A stretch of DNA of 64,000 nt from Acidobacteriota bacterium (GTDB lineage Bacteria; Acidobacteriota; UBA6911; RPQK01; JAJDTT01), in contig CBDCLS010000004.1 in assembly GCA_965218775.1 (NCBI GenBank), positions 983,890-1,047,889 of the forward strand. The letters are read 5' to 3'. The notes beneath the pieces were generated by a model. It saw only the letters and a list, made by a program, of their open reading frames with translations. It made no database searches and was not told the DNA's origin. The stretch's first letter is position 1. Each line of letters begins with the position of its first letter. Both the position numbers and the translations under genes were made by a program. This document shows positions 28,610 to 38,743 of the stretch, in pieces.

Positions 28610-28712
28610 GATTGGATCTCCTTGGACATCCACACCTACCATCCAGTTCACAGAAACTGCGCGACAGCACGTTAAGCGAGAGGAAGCTTGGTGGCTTGAG
28701 AACCGGTATCTT
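28610..28712 (+). pseudogene. decayed duplicate of the antitoxin 3' end plus ParE 5' end (a TA-locus remnant)
   Basis: The stretch 28637-28700 (atccagttcacagaaactgcgcgacagcacgttaagcgagaggaagcttggtggcttgagaac) is ~85% identical to 26330-26395. It encodes IQFTETARQHVKREEAWWLENR and then diverges. Confidence 0.5.
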
Positions 28713-28740
28713 GGGATTTATTCCAGCTCCAACTTAGCCC

Positions 28741-30570
28741 CTACAGAGTAGAAAGAAAGGCGACTAGATCCGTGATCTCGGTCGGCGAGATCTTCTGATC
28801 CGGGTGTCGGTGGACTTCGAACACCTCTCTCAGGCTTTGGGCGCGGCCGTCATGGAAGAAAGAGGAGCGCAATCCGACCCCGCGCAGGGAGGGAGGGTTG
28901 AACTGGCGATTGCCAACTTCGTCGGCAAGACCGACGTCGGATGCACTCTTCGTCGTATAGGAGGGAGGCGCGTGGCAATGCTGACAGCCGCTGCTGACAA
29001 ACACTTCCCGGCCCTTTCGAACGGAAACTTCAGAGCTACTGGTAGGCAGCTGGGGTGGCTGCAGGGTGCGCAGAAATGTCTCCAGAGCTCGCACCTTTTC
29101 CCCTGAAGCAACCCGCGAGTGCAGCGTAGTCCGGAGCGACTTGCGGATCTGGTCTTCGAGAGCGGACATGCTGCCATTCCATGCCCAGGGGCCGCTGTCG
29201 CCCACACCGAGCAAGGACGGAACACGCTTAGGCGCACCGTAGTTCCCGTCGCCAAGCGTGTCGACGAGGAGCCCGTTGCTGTGTCCTTCCGAGTGGCAGC
29301 TGTGACAGCTCATCCAGCCGCGCAGCGAAAGCGTCGCGTCATAGAACAGCTGCTCACCCTTGTCTGCCAGAGTGAGATCGGCCTGCGCTCCAAGCGAGAC
29401 CTCCTTCACCGGCTTCCGGGAGGGGATGTCGATGACGGAAATCGAGTTCGAGAGCGTGTTGGCTACGTACAGACGCCCGTCCGAGCCAGAGGCCAGAGCC
29501 CTGGGACGGCGTCCCACCTTTACATGATCCAGGCGCGGCCAGGTGTGCTGACCGATGGCAACTCGGCCCACGCCCCCGACTGCCACGATTACCTCTCCAC
29601 TGGCTCCCACGATCACCTTCTGGGGGTCGCCGGAGGGAGTGCTGAAATCCCCCAGATCCAACGTACGCATGGCTGCCAGCATATTCCCGGTCGGCGAACG
29701 GATATCCGCTAGCCTAAGCGAAACCAGACTATTGGACATGAGTCCGCCCCACACAACGTCGTCGCGGTTGGCGCGGGCAAAAGGATCCAGGCTTTGCCGC
29801 GCCACGAGCAGATGTGAGCCGTCCGCGGTAACTGCCAGTCCACGTATGTTGTGGGCAGGCAGCTCCAAGACACGCTCTACCCGGTCCTGGGAAAGATCGA
29901 TCACTGCGAGCTTCCCACCGAAAGAGTCGGCCACCAGCAGACGGTCATCACCCGGCAAGACCACCTGCTCACGGGGTGCGAAGGGCAGCTCGAGTGAACC
30001 CAGCGAGCGAGGACCGGCAGCCGGATCCAACTCGATCAGGTCCAGGCGCCTGGACCACAGGCAGGCGACGAAACAGCGCCTTCCATCCGTGCTGATAGTC
30101 ACGCTGACGGGATAACGACCTACCGCGAGTCGATCCCGTACTTGAATGTCCCGAACATCTGGACCCGGGAGGGAAAGTAACAGGAGTTCGTGAGCTTCTT
30201 CGTCCACGGCCAACAGGCCACTTCCAATCGGGTCCCGGCTGGGCAAAAGGGCCAGGTCTCCAAGTGCTCTGCCCACCCTGGCCTCGAACTTCACCGCCAG
30301 CTCATCGGTGTCGATCACCGATAGGGTTCCGCTACGGCGGTTGGCTACGAAGAGCCGACGTCCTGGGTCGTCCAGGGCCAGTGCAACTGGATGTCGGATC
30401 AGGGCCTGGCGATGGAGAGAATCTGCATCGCTCCTATCCAGACTGGAGGCCCCTTTCGAGCCGTCGAAGGGCAAGGGAGGAGCAACGTGCTGAGCCTGGG
30501 ACCACTGGCACCAAAAAACGAGGAATGCCAGGAGGCAGGCGAGAACTCTCAATTCGCGGACCGTGGACAC
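28741..30570 (-). CDS. YVTN-type beta-propeller fused to a di-haem cytochrome c peroxidase (CCP/MauG family) domain, secreted
   Basis: There are two CxxCH motifs (CHSCH, CQHCH). CCP-like motifs are GPWAWNGS and FNPPSLRGVGL...FFHDGRA. The N-terminus has a repeated propeller. Confidence 0.7.
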   Translation of the reverse strand: MSTVRELRVLACLLAFLVFWCQWSQAQHVAPPLPFDGSKGASSLDRSDADSLHRQALIRHPVALALDDPGRRLFVANRRSGTLSVIDTDELAVKFEARVGRALGDLALLPSRDPIGSGLLAVDEEAHELLLLSLPGPDVRDIQVRDRLAVGRYPVSVTISTDGRRCFVACLWSRRLDLIELDPAAGPRSLGSLELPFAPREQVVLPGDDRLLVADSFGGKLAVIDLSQDRVERVLELPAHNIRGLAVTADGSHLLVARQSLDPFARANRDDVVWGGLMSNSLVSLRLADIRSPTGNMLAAMRTLDLGDFSTPSGDPQKVIVGASGEVIVAVGGVGRVAIGQHTWPRLDHVKVGRRPRALASGSDGRLYVANTLSNSISVIDIPSRKPVKEVSLGAQADLTLADKGEQLFYDATLSLRGWMSCHSCHSEGHSNGLLVDTLGDGNYGAPKRVPSLLGVGDSGPWAWNGSMSALEDQIRKSLRTTLHSRVASGEKVRALETFLRTLQPPQLPTSSSEVSVRKGREVFVSSGCQHCHAPPSYTTKSASDVGLADEVGNRQFNPPSLRGVGLRSSFFHDGRAQSLREVFEVHRHPDQKISPTEITDLVAFLSTL

Positions 30571-30704
30571 GTCTCCATTCTAGGATTAACGGACGCGACA
30601 GTCCAAGGGGTCTCTTCTGAATGCTTTCAAGCCAGGGGCCCGGCTTGTAGCCACCTCCCAGTCTAGGCATACTCGGGCTGCCGCAAATAACGGAGGATGG
30701 CCTG

Positions 30705-31598
30705 ATGTTCGCAGACTTCGAGAAGACCCAGATCCAAGCAAACGGTGTTTCGATCAGCTTCGTCCACGGTGGCTCTGGGCCACCTCTCTTGCTGCTGCAC
30801 GGGTATCCCCAAACCCACGTGGAGTGGCACAAGATGGCACCGCGGTTAGCCCAGGAATACAAGGTGGTTGCGCCCGACCTACGGGGTTACGGAGACAGCG
30901 AGAAGCCCCCGGCTGATCCGGGAGACCTGAGCGTCTATTGCAAACGGACGACAGCCCAGGATCAGGTGAACCTGATGACTAGCCTGGGCTTCGACTCCTT
31001 CCACGTGGTGGGTCACGATCGAGGTGTCCGCGTTGGCCATCGGATGGCTCTGGACCATCCCACCAGCGTTAGGAGCCTTACCTCGCTGGATGTGGTCCCC
31101 TCTCAGGCTGCCTTCGATAGTATGGATCAGCAACTCTCCTTTGCCTGGTTCCACTGGCACTTGATGCGCCAACCGTCCCCTTTTCCTGAAACCATGATCG
31201 GAAGCAACGCCAAATTCTATCTGGACTTCCTACTGGAGCGATGGTGTGCCATCGAGGGATCGATTACCGACGAAGCCTATGCTGAGTACCTGCGATGCTT
31301 CGACGATCCCGAAACCATCCGGGCCACCTGCCTGGACTACCGGGCAGTCGAACTCGACCTGGCGCACGACGAGAAAGACCGCGGCCGAAAACTGACGTGT
31401 CCAGTGCTGGTGCTCTGGGGCAACGACACGGTGAAACGTCCGGGTTGGCAGACGGGATCGAGCCTCAACATGCTTGAAACCTGGTCGGATCGAGCCACCG
31501 ATGTACGTGGCAAGGCTCTAGACTGCGGCCATTTCCTACCCGAGGAACGGCCGGATCAGACCGGCACTGAGCTACTCGGATTTCTATCTTCCATCTAG
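30705..31598 (+). CDS. alpha/beta-hydrolase fold protein (haloacetate dehalogenase / epoxide hydrolase-like)
   Basis: Motifs are HGYPQTHVEW...VVAPDLRGYGDS and the nucleophile elbow VVGHDRG. Confidence 0.7.
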   Translation: MFADFEKTQIQANGVSISFVHGGSGPPLLLLHGYPQTHVEWHKMAPRLAQEYKVVAPDLRGYGDSEKPPADPGDLSVYCKRTTAQDQVNLMTSLGFDSFHVVGHDRGVRVGHRMALDHPTSVRSLTSLDVVPSQAAFDSMDQQLSFAWFHWHLMRQPSPFPETMIGSNAKFYLDFLLERWCAIEGSITDEAYAEYLRCFDDPETIRATCLDYRAVELDLAHDEKDRGRKLTCPVLVLWGNDTVKRPGWQTGSSLNMLETWSDRATDVRGKALDCGHFLPEERPDQTGTELLGFLSSI

Positions 31599-31769
31599 GC
31601 GGGACAATCGGGGGTGACCCAGAATCCTCAAACTGCCGCTAGTACTCTGTCAACCTGGAGATTGTGGGTTATGGACGAGCCATGGTGGTCGAGGTCAAGG
31701 CACGCGGCCGCAGGCATAGCTTGGTCTACGTCCAGGACGCGCAACGCAGAGATCGGCCGCCAGGGCCGT

Positions 31770-32525
31770 TCAGAACCTACAATTTCCAGGTTGACAGGGT
31801 ACTAGGGTCTCCAGAAGCTTTCCGAAGCCCAGTACCGGCTGCCGAATTCCCAGAGCGCGAAAGACCGACCAGATCGTGGCCTGATTGGAGGTCACTACTG
31901 GCTTTCCCGTGATCTTCTCCAGTGCGTCGGCAGCTTCCATCGCTCTCCAGGCGGTGCAGGAGCAGAAGAGTGCATCGGCTTCGGGTCGACACACCGAGGA
32001 GGCGAAGTCGACAATAGCTTCGGGGTCTTGATCGTTGATCCCCTGTTGGCCCGCAACCGCCGCGACTGGTTCCGCTTCCAGGTTGAGCACCGAGAATCCG
32101 GCCGCCTCCAGATAGCTCTGCAGTCTCTGATTCCCCCAATCCGAATAGGGACTGGCGACCGAGATCTTCTTGGCTCCGATCGAGTTCAGCGCCTCCACTG
32201 CCGCGGGACTGGTCACCACGGCCGGGACTCCTGCCGTCTTCTCTATCAGGTCAGCCATCTCCCGGTCCCATCCGGCTCCCCTGTAGAAACTGCCGGTGGT
32301 GCAAGCATAGGCAATGACGTCGACCTTGGCGGTCGCCAGATAGCGGGCACCGCTCTCTATGTCTTCGTTCATTCGCCCCATGCCATCTTCACTTCGGGTC
32401 TCGTTGGTGAGCCAGAGACGCTGGCCATGAAGGGTCACACCTTCAGTAACGGCCATCTGGAAGTCTGCTTCGCAGGTCGTGTTGGTGGAGGGGACCAGTA
32501 GACCCACCCGCTTTCGAATACTCAT
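31770..32525 (-). CDS. Asp/Glu/hydantoin racemase family protein (maleate isomerase / arylmalonate decarboxylase-like)
   Basis: The family pattern includes conserved Cys-containing segments (IAYACTTGS, LFCSCTAWRA). Confidence 0.6.
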   Translation of the reverse strand: MSIRKRVGLLVPSTNTTCEADFQMAVTEGVTLHGQRLWLTNETRSEDGMGRMNEDIESGARYLATAKVDVIAYACTTGSFYRGAGWDREMADLIEKTAGVPAVVTSPAAVEALNSIGAKKISVASPYSDWGNQRLQSYLEAAGFSVLNLEAEPVAAVAGQQGINDQDPEAIVDFASSVCRPEADALFCSCTAWRAMEAADALEKITGKPVVTSNQATIWSVFRALGIRQPVLGFGKLLETLVPCQPGNCRF

Positions 32526-32606
32526 CTGTCGGCCTCCTGGGAAACCCGGCGAAAGTCAGGATTCAGTATAGAAGGATGGCGGCACCCGAAACAACGCATA
32601 CCTTGC

Positions 32607-34080
32607 CTGGACATTCCCCATTTTTCAGAGGCCCAGAGGAAGCAGGGACAGCTGACGGGAGCTGGGATCGGGTCGAGCCCCGCCAATCCCGCTGTGGCGG
32701 CCGAATAGGAGCTGCTTGATGCCATCGGCTATGGCATAGAAGCGGAACTCCGGGATGCCGTAGATCCGTTTGGCTGCCTGCTCGATGTGTTGGACCAGAA
32801 GGGCCAGCTTGGCCCTTTTACCCAGATAGACACAGGCGAAGAAGGCGGCGATCATGACCAAGGCGGCCATATTGCGCAGGCGCTCATACTTGAGCAAACG
32901 GATGTCTTCCAACTCGTAGCTCTGCTTGATAAATCGGATCGTTTCCTCGACACGCCAGCGGCTCAGATAGCTCTCGACCACCCGCCACTGGCTCTTGCGC
33001 GAGCGTTTGACCGTCTGGTTCGTCAGAAGCATCAGGGGACGGGGGCCAAAGCCATCCACCACCACCAGGTACAGCGATTGGTCGAAACCGGGCAAACGCA
33101 CCCCTCGGGCCCCAAACTCCAACCGGTAGACCTTCTCCCCCGCACTCGTCTCCTTGATCACGACTTCCCGGTAGCGGCGCCGACAACCACGCGCCCACTC
33201 CTCGGCGCTCTTCTTGCTGCGCCCTGAGATCAGGTGACGATCCCCCCGCTGGCACACCAGGAACGGGTGTCCCCGCTTCAGCAGGACTTCGAGGATCTCC
33301 TCCCGATCCCCTCCCCGGTCCATCACCCAGATCCCTCGCCCTTGGGTGGCTTTGGAGACTCGCCCAATCGCCTTGAGGATCTCGTCGTTTTCGCTCACAA
33401 AGTCCGGCGCTTTCTGCGAGTACAGCTCCTGGTACAACGGCAGCACCTCGGCACTCCCCCGCCTCGCTCCGACCACCTCACAGCACCAGTATCCATCTCG
33501 GATCTCCCCTCGGGAGCCGTCCCGGACCCGCGCCAGGTATTGCATCTTCCGGGCATATGGCTTACTCACATCCGTGGGGTCCACAATCAACAGCGTCTCC
33601 TTCTCCACCCGCCAGGCCGCCAACTCCAGCAGATTCTTTCCCACCGCTCCTCTCAATCCCTGACGGTTGAGTTGGCGGCTCAGCCGCTCGATGACTTTCT
33701 TCAGAGCGATCTCCTCCTCCAGTGCTCGCGCAATCTCGCTGAGCCGGACCGACGCCCGACACTGCATCCCGTAGAGCACCTCCCGGATCAAACGAGCGGC
33801 GGTCTTCGGTAATCCTTCAGAGACCTTCCCCGAAAATTCTCTCAGCTGCTCTCGAATCTTCCACGCTACTTTGGCATCATGCATCTGGGTCCCTCCGCTT
33901 AATTGGTTGTTGGGTTTGGAGTTCCGCCAACCAGTCTAAGCGCTAGGGACCCACACTTTTGGGGGTCGACAGTTCCCCCATTTTCTCCCAATTTCAACCC
34001 ATCCCACTTCCCTTATCGCCCTACTCTCTTGTTCTCAACTACTTGAGAGAATTCACCCTCAATTTTTGGGGAATGTCCTG
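32607..34080. mobile_element. IS element (DDE transposase, IS4/ISAs1-like), 1474 bp, with a 9-bp target-site duplication
   Basis: The terminal inverted repeat is ctggacattcccca (32607-32620) / tggggaatgtcctg (34067-34080), with 1 mismatch. It is flanked by the direct repeat ataccttgc at 32598-32606 and 34081-34089. Confidence 0.75.
32625..33884 (-). CDS. DDE-type transposase
   Basis: This 419-aa ORF fills the IS element. Its features are transposase-like (DDE_Tnp_1-like). Confidence 0.7.
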   Translation of the reverse strand: MHDAKVAWKIREQLREFSGKVSEGLPKTAARLIREVLYGMQCRASVRLSEIARALEEEIALKKVIERLSRQLNRQGLRGAVGKNLLELAAWRVEKETLLIVDPTDVSKPYARKMQYLARVRDGSRGEIRDGYWCCEVVGARRGSAEVLPLYQELYSQKAPDFVSENDEILKAIGRVSKATQGRGIWVMDRGGDREEILEVLLKRGHPFLVCQRGDRHLISGRSKKSAEEWARGCRRRYREVVIKETSAGEKVYRLEFGARGVRLPGFDQSLYLVVVDGFGPRPLMLLTNQTVKRSRKSQWRVVESYLSRWRVEETIRFIKQSYELEDIRLLKYERLRNMAALVMIAAFFACVYLGKRAKLALLVQHIEQAAKRIYGIPEFRFYAIADGIKQLLFGRHSGIGGARPDPSSRQLSLLPLGL

Positions 34081-34222
34081 ATACCTTGCAGGCGAGACTA
34101 TTCGTGGTCTCCCTAGCTTGCCTCTTGCCACTGGGTACGGTTGGGGCTAAGGTGGCCTATTGATCTAGAAGAGAAACAAGGACGGGTGCTGTTCAAGACG
34201 TTGCCGGGAAGGAGAGTTCCTT

Positions 34223-35263
34223 ATGAGTGATCTAAACGTAGGAATCGTCGGACTTGGATGGGTGGCAGGAGCGCATATCAATGCCTTCAAATCGGTCGAT
34301 GGTGCCAATGTAACGGCGGTCTGTTCGCGTCGGCAACTGGACGAATCGCAGTTGGCGCTCCAGTATGGGACTCCGCTCAAGGCATACCAGGACCTGGACG
34401 ACATGCTCAGGGATCCCTCCATCGATATCGTGGACATTTGTACGCCCCATCCCTTTCATCCTCAACAATCGATCGCAGCCGCAGAGGCGGGAAAACATCT
34501 CATCATCGAGAAACCGATCTCCTTGACGTTCGAAGAAGCAAAGTCAATGGGCCAGGCCATCCGCGACGCCGGTGTGGGTTCGTGTGTGTGTTTTGAGGTG
34601 CGCTATAGCCAGCACGGCAACATGATCCGCTCGGTGCTGGATCAGGGTCTTCTAGGCTCTCTCCACTACGCCGAAGTCGACTACTACCATGGGATCGGGC
34701 CCTGGTATGGCCAGTACAGCTGGAACGTGAAGCGGGATATGGGAGGAAGCAGTCTGCTAACGGCGGGCTGTCATGCCGTCGACCTACTCCTCTGGTTGAT
34801 GGACGGGGAAGTGGACGAAGTAACTAGTTACAGCAACCGATCCAGTAACAAGATTTTCGAGCCCTACGAGTACGACGGGACCTCGGTCAGCCTCCTCAAG
34901 TTCAAGGACGGAAAACTGGCGAAGGTCGCCTCCGTAATCGACTGCCTGCAGCCCTATTATTTCCACATCCACCTGGTCGGCAGTGAGGGGAGTCTGCTGG
35001 ACAACCGCTTCTATAGTCACAAACTGAAGGGGCAGACCAAGGACAGATGGAGCACCTTGGAAACCGCCCTTATCGACTCGGGCGACGTCGCCGACCATCC
35101 CTACCTACCGCAGTTCCAGGCTTTTGTTGACAGCCTTGAGAAGGGTGAGCCGATGCCGCTGACTGACTTCGCAACCGCCTTCGAGACCCACAGGGTAGTC
35201 TTCGCGGCGGATCGCTCGGCCGCCGAGGGGCGCACCGTCAAACTCGAGGAGCTGGAGGGGTGA
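34223..35263 (+). CDS. Gfo/Idh/MocA family NAD(P)-dependent oxidoreductase
   Basis: The N-terminal Rossmann motif is [17 protein letters not shown]. The family length fits. Confidence 0.75.
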   Translation: MSDLNVGIVGLGWVAGAHINAFKSVDGANVTAVCSRRQLDESQLALQYGTPLKAYQDLDDMLRDPSIDIVDICTPHPFHPQQSIAAAEAGKHLIIEKPISLTFEEAKSMGQAIRDAGVGSCVCFEVRYSQHGNMIRSVLDQGLLGSLHYAEVDYYHGIGPWYGQYSWNVKRDMGGSSLLTAGCHAVDLLLWLMDGEVDEVTSYSNRSSNKIFEPYEYDGTSVSLLKFKDGKLAKVASVIDCLQPYYFHIHLVGSEGSLLDNRFYSHKLKGQTKDRWSTLETALIDSGDVADHPYLPQFQAFVDSLEKGEPMPLTDFATAFETHRVVFAADRSAAEGRTVKLEELEG

Positions 35264-35295
35264 AATGATGCCGAGTGCCTGGGGTTCCTTTTTGA

Positions 35296-35562
35296 CTATC
35301 CAAAGCGCAGGGCCGTGCGGGCACGAGCCTTCTCAGCTTCCAGTTCGCGGTTCCGGGGCGCGGCATTAGTCGAAAGCGAGTCGATCAGCGTGCGGGCGAC
35401 CTGCGAGACTTCCAAGACGGCTCGCTCGAAGGCCACCTGATTCACTCGAGAGGGTCGGGTGAATCCACTCAGCTTACGCACGAACTGAACCGAGGCCGCT
35501 CGCACTTCCTCGTCGTTTGCGGGTGGGTCGAAATTGAACAGTGTCTTGATGTTTCTACACAT
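35296..35562 (-). CDS. DUF2277 family protein
   Basis: It begins MCRNIKTLFNFDPPANDEEVRAASVQFVRKLSGFTRPS. Confidence 0.5.
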   Translation of the reverse strand: MCRNIKTLFNFDPPANDEEVRAASVQFVRKLSGFTRPSRVNQVAFERAVLEVSQVARTLIDSLSTNAAPRNRELEAEKARARTALRFG

Positions 35563-35565
35563 GGT

Positions 35566-36501
35566 TCACCGGCTTCCTGCTAGCGGCTCCGCGGACGAGT
35601 CCAGCACTTCTGACACCGAGGTGGCGTGCCAACCTTCCGCCCGCTTCGCCCAATAGAGGTCACGAAGTCTGCACGAAATCTGACCGGGAGTGCCGTCTCC
35701 GATCGCGCGATCGCCGACGCGTGCAACCGGGATAATTCCACCGCCAGTGGTGGATATGAAAGCTTCTTCTGCATTCAGAAGATCTTCCGCTTTGAGATCC
35801 GCCGTCTCTGCCTCGAGATCCAGTAGTAGGCAAAGTTCGAAGACCGTAAGGCGCGTAATCCCCTGGAGCAAGTTGTTCCCGGGGGTGAAGACCTTGCCAT
35901 CCTTGACAATCCAGAGGTTGAAACCCGGACCCTCGGTCAAGAAGCCTTCGGTGGAAGGCAATACCGGAGCATCGGCCCCTGCGTCCAGAGCCTCGAACTG
36001 TGCCCGCGTCAGGTCCATTCGATTGAAGCTCTTGGTCTTCTGGTTGATGGCCGAGTCGGGCGCCCGACAGGTCTCGGCAAGCCACAGATGGGTTCCGGTC
36101 TGAACCCGATCTCGCGGCACTACCCAATAATAGGGACACGAATAGGCTACGAACTCGTTCTCACAGCTGCGCGGATCGCCGATAGCTCCGCCGCCGGCGT
36201 AGCTGCCGCGGGTGCAAAGCATGTAGACCATCGCCTCAGTGAGACCGGCACGATCCACACACTCCGCCATGATCTGCTTCATCTTGTCTTCGGAATACGG
36301 GGACTTCATCCGCACATACTCGCGAGACTCACGGAACCGTCTCAGGTGATCGTCCACCCGGAAAAACCTTCCATCCCAGACGGACACCACGTCGAACACG
36401 ACGTCGCTCTTGGTGAAGGCCGGGTCGAGGATCGCGACCTTCGCCTGCTCGACCGCCAGGAAACGGCCCTGTTGATACGCAATTCCCTTTGAATCTGCCA
36501 A
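35566..36501 (-). CDS. class IV aminotransferase (branched-chain / D-amino-acid aminotransferase family)
   Basis: The fold-type IV PLP pattern is present (EAFISTTGGGIIPV etc.). Confidence 0.65.
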   Translation of the reverse strand: MADSKGIAYQQGRFLAVEQAKVAILDPAFTKSDVVFDVVSVWDGRFFRVDDHLRRFRESREYVRMKSPYSEDKMKQIMAECVDRAGLTEAMVYMLCTRGSYAGGGAIGDPRSCENEFVAYSCPYYWVVPRDRVQTGTHLWLAETCRAPDSAINQKTKSFNRMDLTRAQFEALDAGADAPVLPSTEGFLTEGPGFNLWIVKDGKVFTPGNNLLQGITRLTVFELCLLLDLEAETADLKAEDLLNAEEAFISTTGGGIIPVARVGDRAIGDGTPGQISCRLRDLYWAKRAEGWHATSVSEVLDSSAEPLAGSR

Positions 36502-36629
36502 ATTGAATCCCTCCGATAATCGACTACCTCAAATTATACCCTTTTGGTGTAGGGTTGTAATGGTCGAAAGCGGACAGGCTGGCATTCCAATTCCCAGTCC
36601 TTTCCTCTGCGACAGTACCGCGAACGGAT

Positions 36630-36735
36630 GAATTGCCAGTATGAGAAAGCCAGGTCCAACAGAGCCGCGAACGATTTGACTTGTCAGCAATATGAGCCCA
36701 GGTTCTGAGGAGAGAGTCGGACAACAGCAAAATCT
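36630..36735. repeat. REP-like dispersed repeat, family B, copy 1
   Basis: The core gaattgccagtatgagaaagccaggtccaacagagccgcgaacg...cagcaatatgagcccaggttctgaggagagagtcggacaacagca recurs at 45108-45212 and, in part, at 54283-54395. Confidence 0.6.
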
Positions 36736-36794
36736 CTGCTAACCCCGACCAAATTCTTATCCTGAATGATCAAGCGCGCAGCTGGGCCGGGACT

Positions 36795-36899
36795 GATTTG
36801 AAACTCGGACGTAGCTTTGATCTCCAGGCCGAAGTATTCTTCTTCTTTTGAGCCTTTGGCTCGATGCACCGCGGCCTGGAGACCGCCGCCACGACCCGG
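36795..36899. repeat. REP-like dispersed repeat, family A, copy 2 (diverged)
   Basis: It has the tagctttgatctccaggccgaagt...gagcctttggctcg...cggcctggagacc structure. Confidence 0.55.
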
Positions 36900-36949
36900 C
36901 GGGTGAGATTCACTGGTGTTGACGCTCCCGATACGGAGAGGAAGTCGTT

Positions 36950-37729
36950 ATGAGAATAGATCATGAAAGAACCGGAACTGGAAGCCTTTGGCGACACCGT
37001 GGTTGGATTGCCGCGACATTGATTGTGGGTTTCGGCAGTCTATTGATCTTTGGTTTTTCACAAGGGTCCAGCGCCCCCGAGGACGTCCTGGCTAAGCTTC
37101 GTAGCATCCCATCCGCCACCCTGTCCGACGCCGTCGACGAGGTCACTGGCCGACGCGGGTTCATGGAGCACTACATGCGTCCGATTGGGTTTCAGGAACG
37201 GATGGCGGGTCGGGCCAGAACGGTCCTGTACGGACCCTTGCGAAATCGAGAGAAAAGTAGCAATCTCGGTCCTCTGTACGGCGTTCAGATCATCGATGAG
37301 TCGGGGCCTGGGGACGTCATGGTGGCGGTTACCAACGATCTGAATATCACCGCTTTGGGAGGGCTTATGGCCACTACCGCCCAGGTTCGCGGAATGGAAG
37401 GTGTGGTGGTAGATGGAGCCGTTCGGGACATACAGCAGATCGAGGACTTGAAGCTGCCCGTTTTCGCACGCAGCATCTCTCCGGCGACCATGGTTGGCCG
37501 CGCTACCAGCGTTGCGCGCGATGTTCCCGTCGTCTGCGGCGGCGTCACCGTCGAGCCGGGCGATTACATCGTCGGAGATCGGGATGGAGTGGTGCGCATA
37601 CCGGCGGCACACGTGGGTTCGGTGGTTGCGCGGGCGTTGGAAATGGAAGAGGCCGAGGCCAAGATGATGCCCATGATTCACAAGGTCAAGTCACTCCAGA
37701 AAGTGATCGATATCTTCAAACGAATCTAG
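36950..37729 (+). CDS. RraA-family protein (ribonuclease E inhibitor / 4-hydroxy-4-methyl-2-oxoglutarate aldolase-like) with an N-terminal transmembrane segment
   Basis: Motifs include GDVMVAVTND...GGLMATTAQVRGMEGVVVDGAVRD. Confidence 0.6.
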   Translation: MRIDHERTGTGSLWRHRGWIAATLIVGFGSLLIFGFSQGSSAPEDVLAKLRSIPSATLSDAVDEVTGRRGFMEHYMRPIGFQERMAGRARTVLYGPLRNREKSSNLGPLYGVQIIDESGPGDVMVAVTNDLNITALGGLMATTAQVRGMEGVVVDGAVRDIQQIEDLKLPVFARSISPATMVGRATSVARDVPVVCGGVTVEPGDYIVGDRDGVVRIPAAHVGSVVARALEMEEAEAKMMPMIHKVKSLQKVIDIFKRI

Positions 37730-37737
37730 CAGCAAGG

Positions 37738-38727
37738 ATGAGGGCCTTGAAAAAACTTGAGAATGGGATATCGCGTCGCAACTGGGTCTCCACCCTGGCC
37801 GGCATGGGATTAGCAGGCGCCTCTTCGGGACGGAGGGCTGTCTGGGGGAGGACCGAGGGGACTTCGGGGATAGTCGACGCCCACGTTCACGTCTGGACCT
37901 CCGACACCGAGAAGTATCCCTTAGCTGCAGGGTTTCGAAAGGAGGATCTGTGGTTTCCCAGCTTTTCGATCGAGGAACTGTTTACCCTGTACCGCCCCGC
38001 CGGGATCCGTCGTGCGAACCTTATCCAGATGACTTGGTACGGCGTGGACCACAGCTACATCCTCGACGCCATCGCCTCGAGCCCGAAGCAGTTTGTGGGG
38101 ACTGGGATCGTGCCGGCCGTCACCGACGTCTCGCTGGCGAGTCCTGACCGGACCATGGTGGCCTTGGCCAAAGGCGGGATCTACGCCTTTCGCATCCGAG
38201 GTCGAAGCACTCGGCCTCCCCTTGGCGACGGCCTTCAGTGGATGGACCATCCGGGCTTCGAGAAGATGTTTAGCGCCGGAGCCGAGCATAACCTGGCCTT
38301 GAGCTTCCTCATGACTCCCGACGACCTGCCTGAACTGGACCGGATGTGCAGCCGCCATCCCGAATGTCCCGTGATCATCGACCACTTCTGCCTCATCGGT
38401 CGAAAGGGTGAGTTCATCGATTCGGAGGTTCAGGCCTTGTTAAGAATGGCCCGCCACAAACGGGTCATGATCAAGATCGGAGCCTTCTACGCGCTGGGGG
38501 CCGAAAAGCCTCCCTATCTCGACATGCTCCCACTGATCGAGCGGGTCGTCGAAGCCTTTGGTCCCGAACGCTGCATGTGGGAGAGCGACGCTCCTCTGCA
38601 GGCGAAGGCACCCCATAGCTTCGAAGCTGCCGTGAGCGTGATCCGCGACCGCTCAAGCTTCCTTTCCAAGGCTGATAGAGATCAGATCCTGGTCAAGACA
38701 GCCGAGGACTTCTTCTTTAATCGTTAA
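37738..38727 (+). CDS. amidohydrolase-2 family metal-dependent hydrolase, Tat-secreted
   Basis: It has a twin-arginine N-terminus and IVDAHVHVW near the N-terminus. Confidence 0.65.
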   Translation: MRALKKLENGISRRNWVSTLAGMGLAGASSGRRAVWGRTEGTSGIVDAHVHVWTSDTEKYPLAAGFRKEDLWFPSFSIEELFTLYRPAGIRRANLIQMTWYGVDHSYILDAIASSPKQFVGTGIVPAVTDVSLASPDRTMVALAKGGIYAFRIRGRSTRPPLGDGLQWMDHPGFEKMFSAGAEHNLALSFLMTPDDLPELDRMCSRHPECPVIIDHFCLIGRKGEFIDSEVQALLRMARHKRVMIKIGAFYALGAEKPPYLDMLPLIERVVEAFGPERCMWESDAPLQAKAPHSFEAAVSVIRDRSSFLSKADRDQILVKTAEDFFFNR

Positions 38728-38743
38728 CAGCGAGGTACGAATC

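Noticed and set aside
28350-28751. Overlapping ORFs 28350..28751 (+) and 28436..28651 (-)
   Set aside because: The region is a decayed TA remnant. Neither ORF has support beyond the ParE-fragment homology. The minus ORF has a hydrophobic tail but no other evidence.
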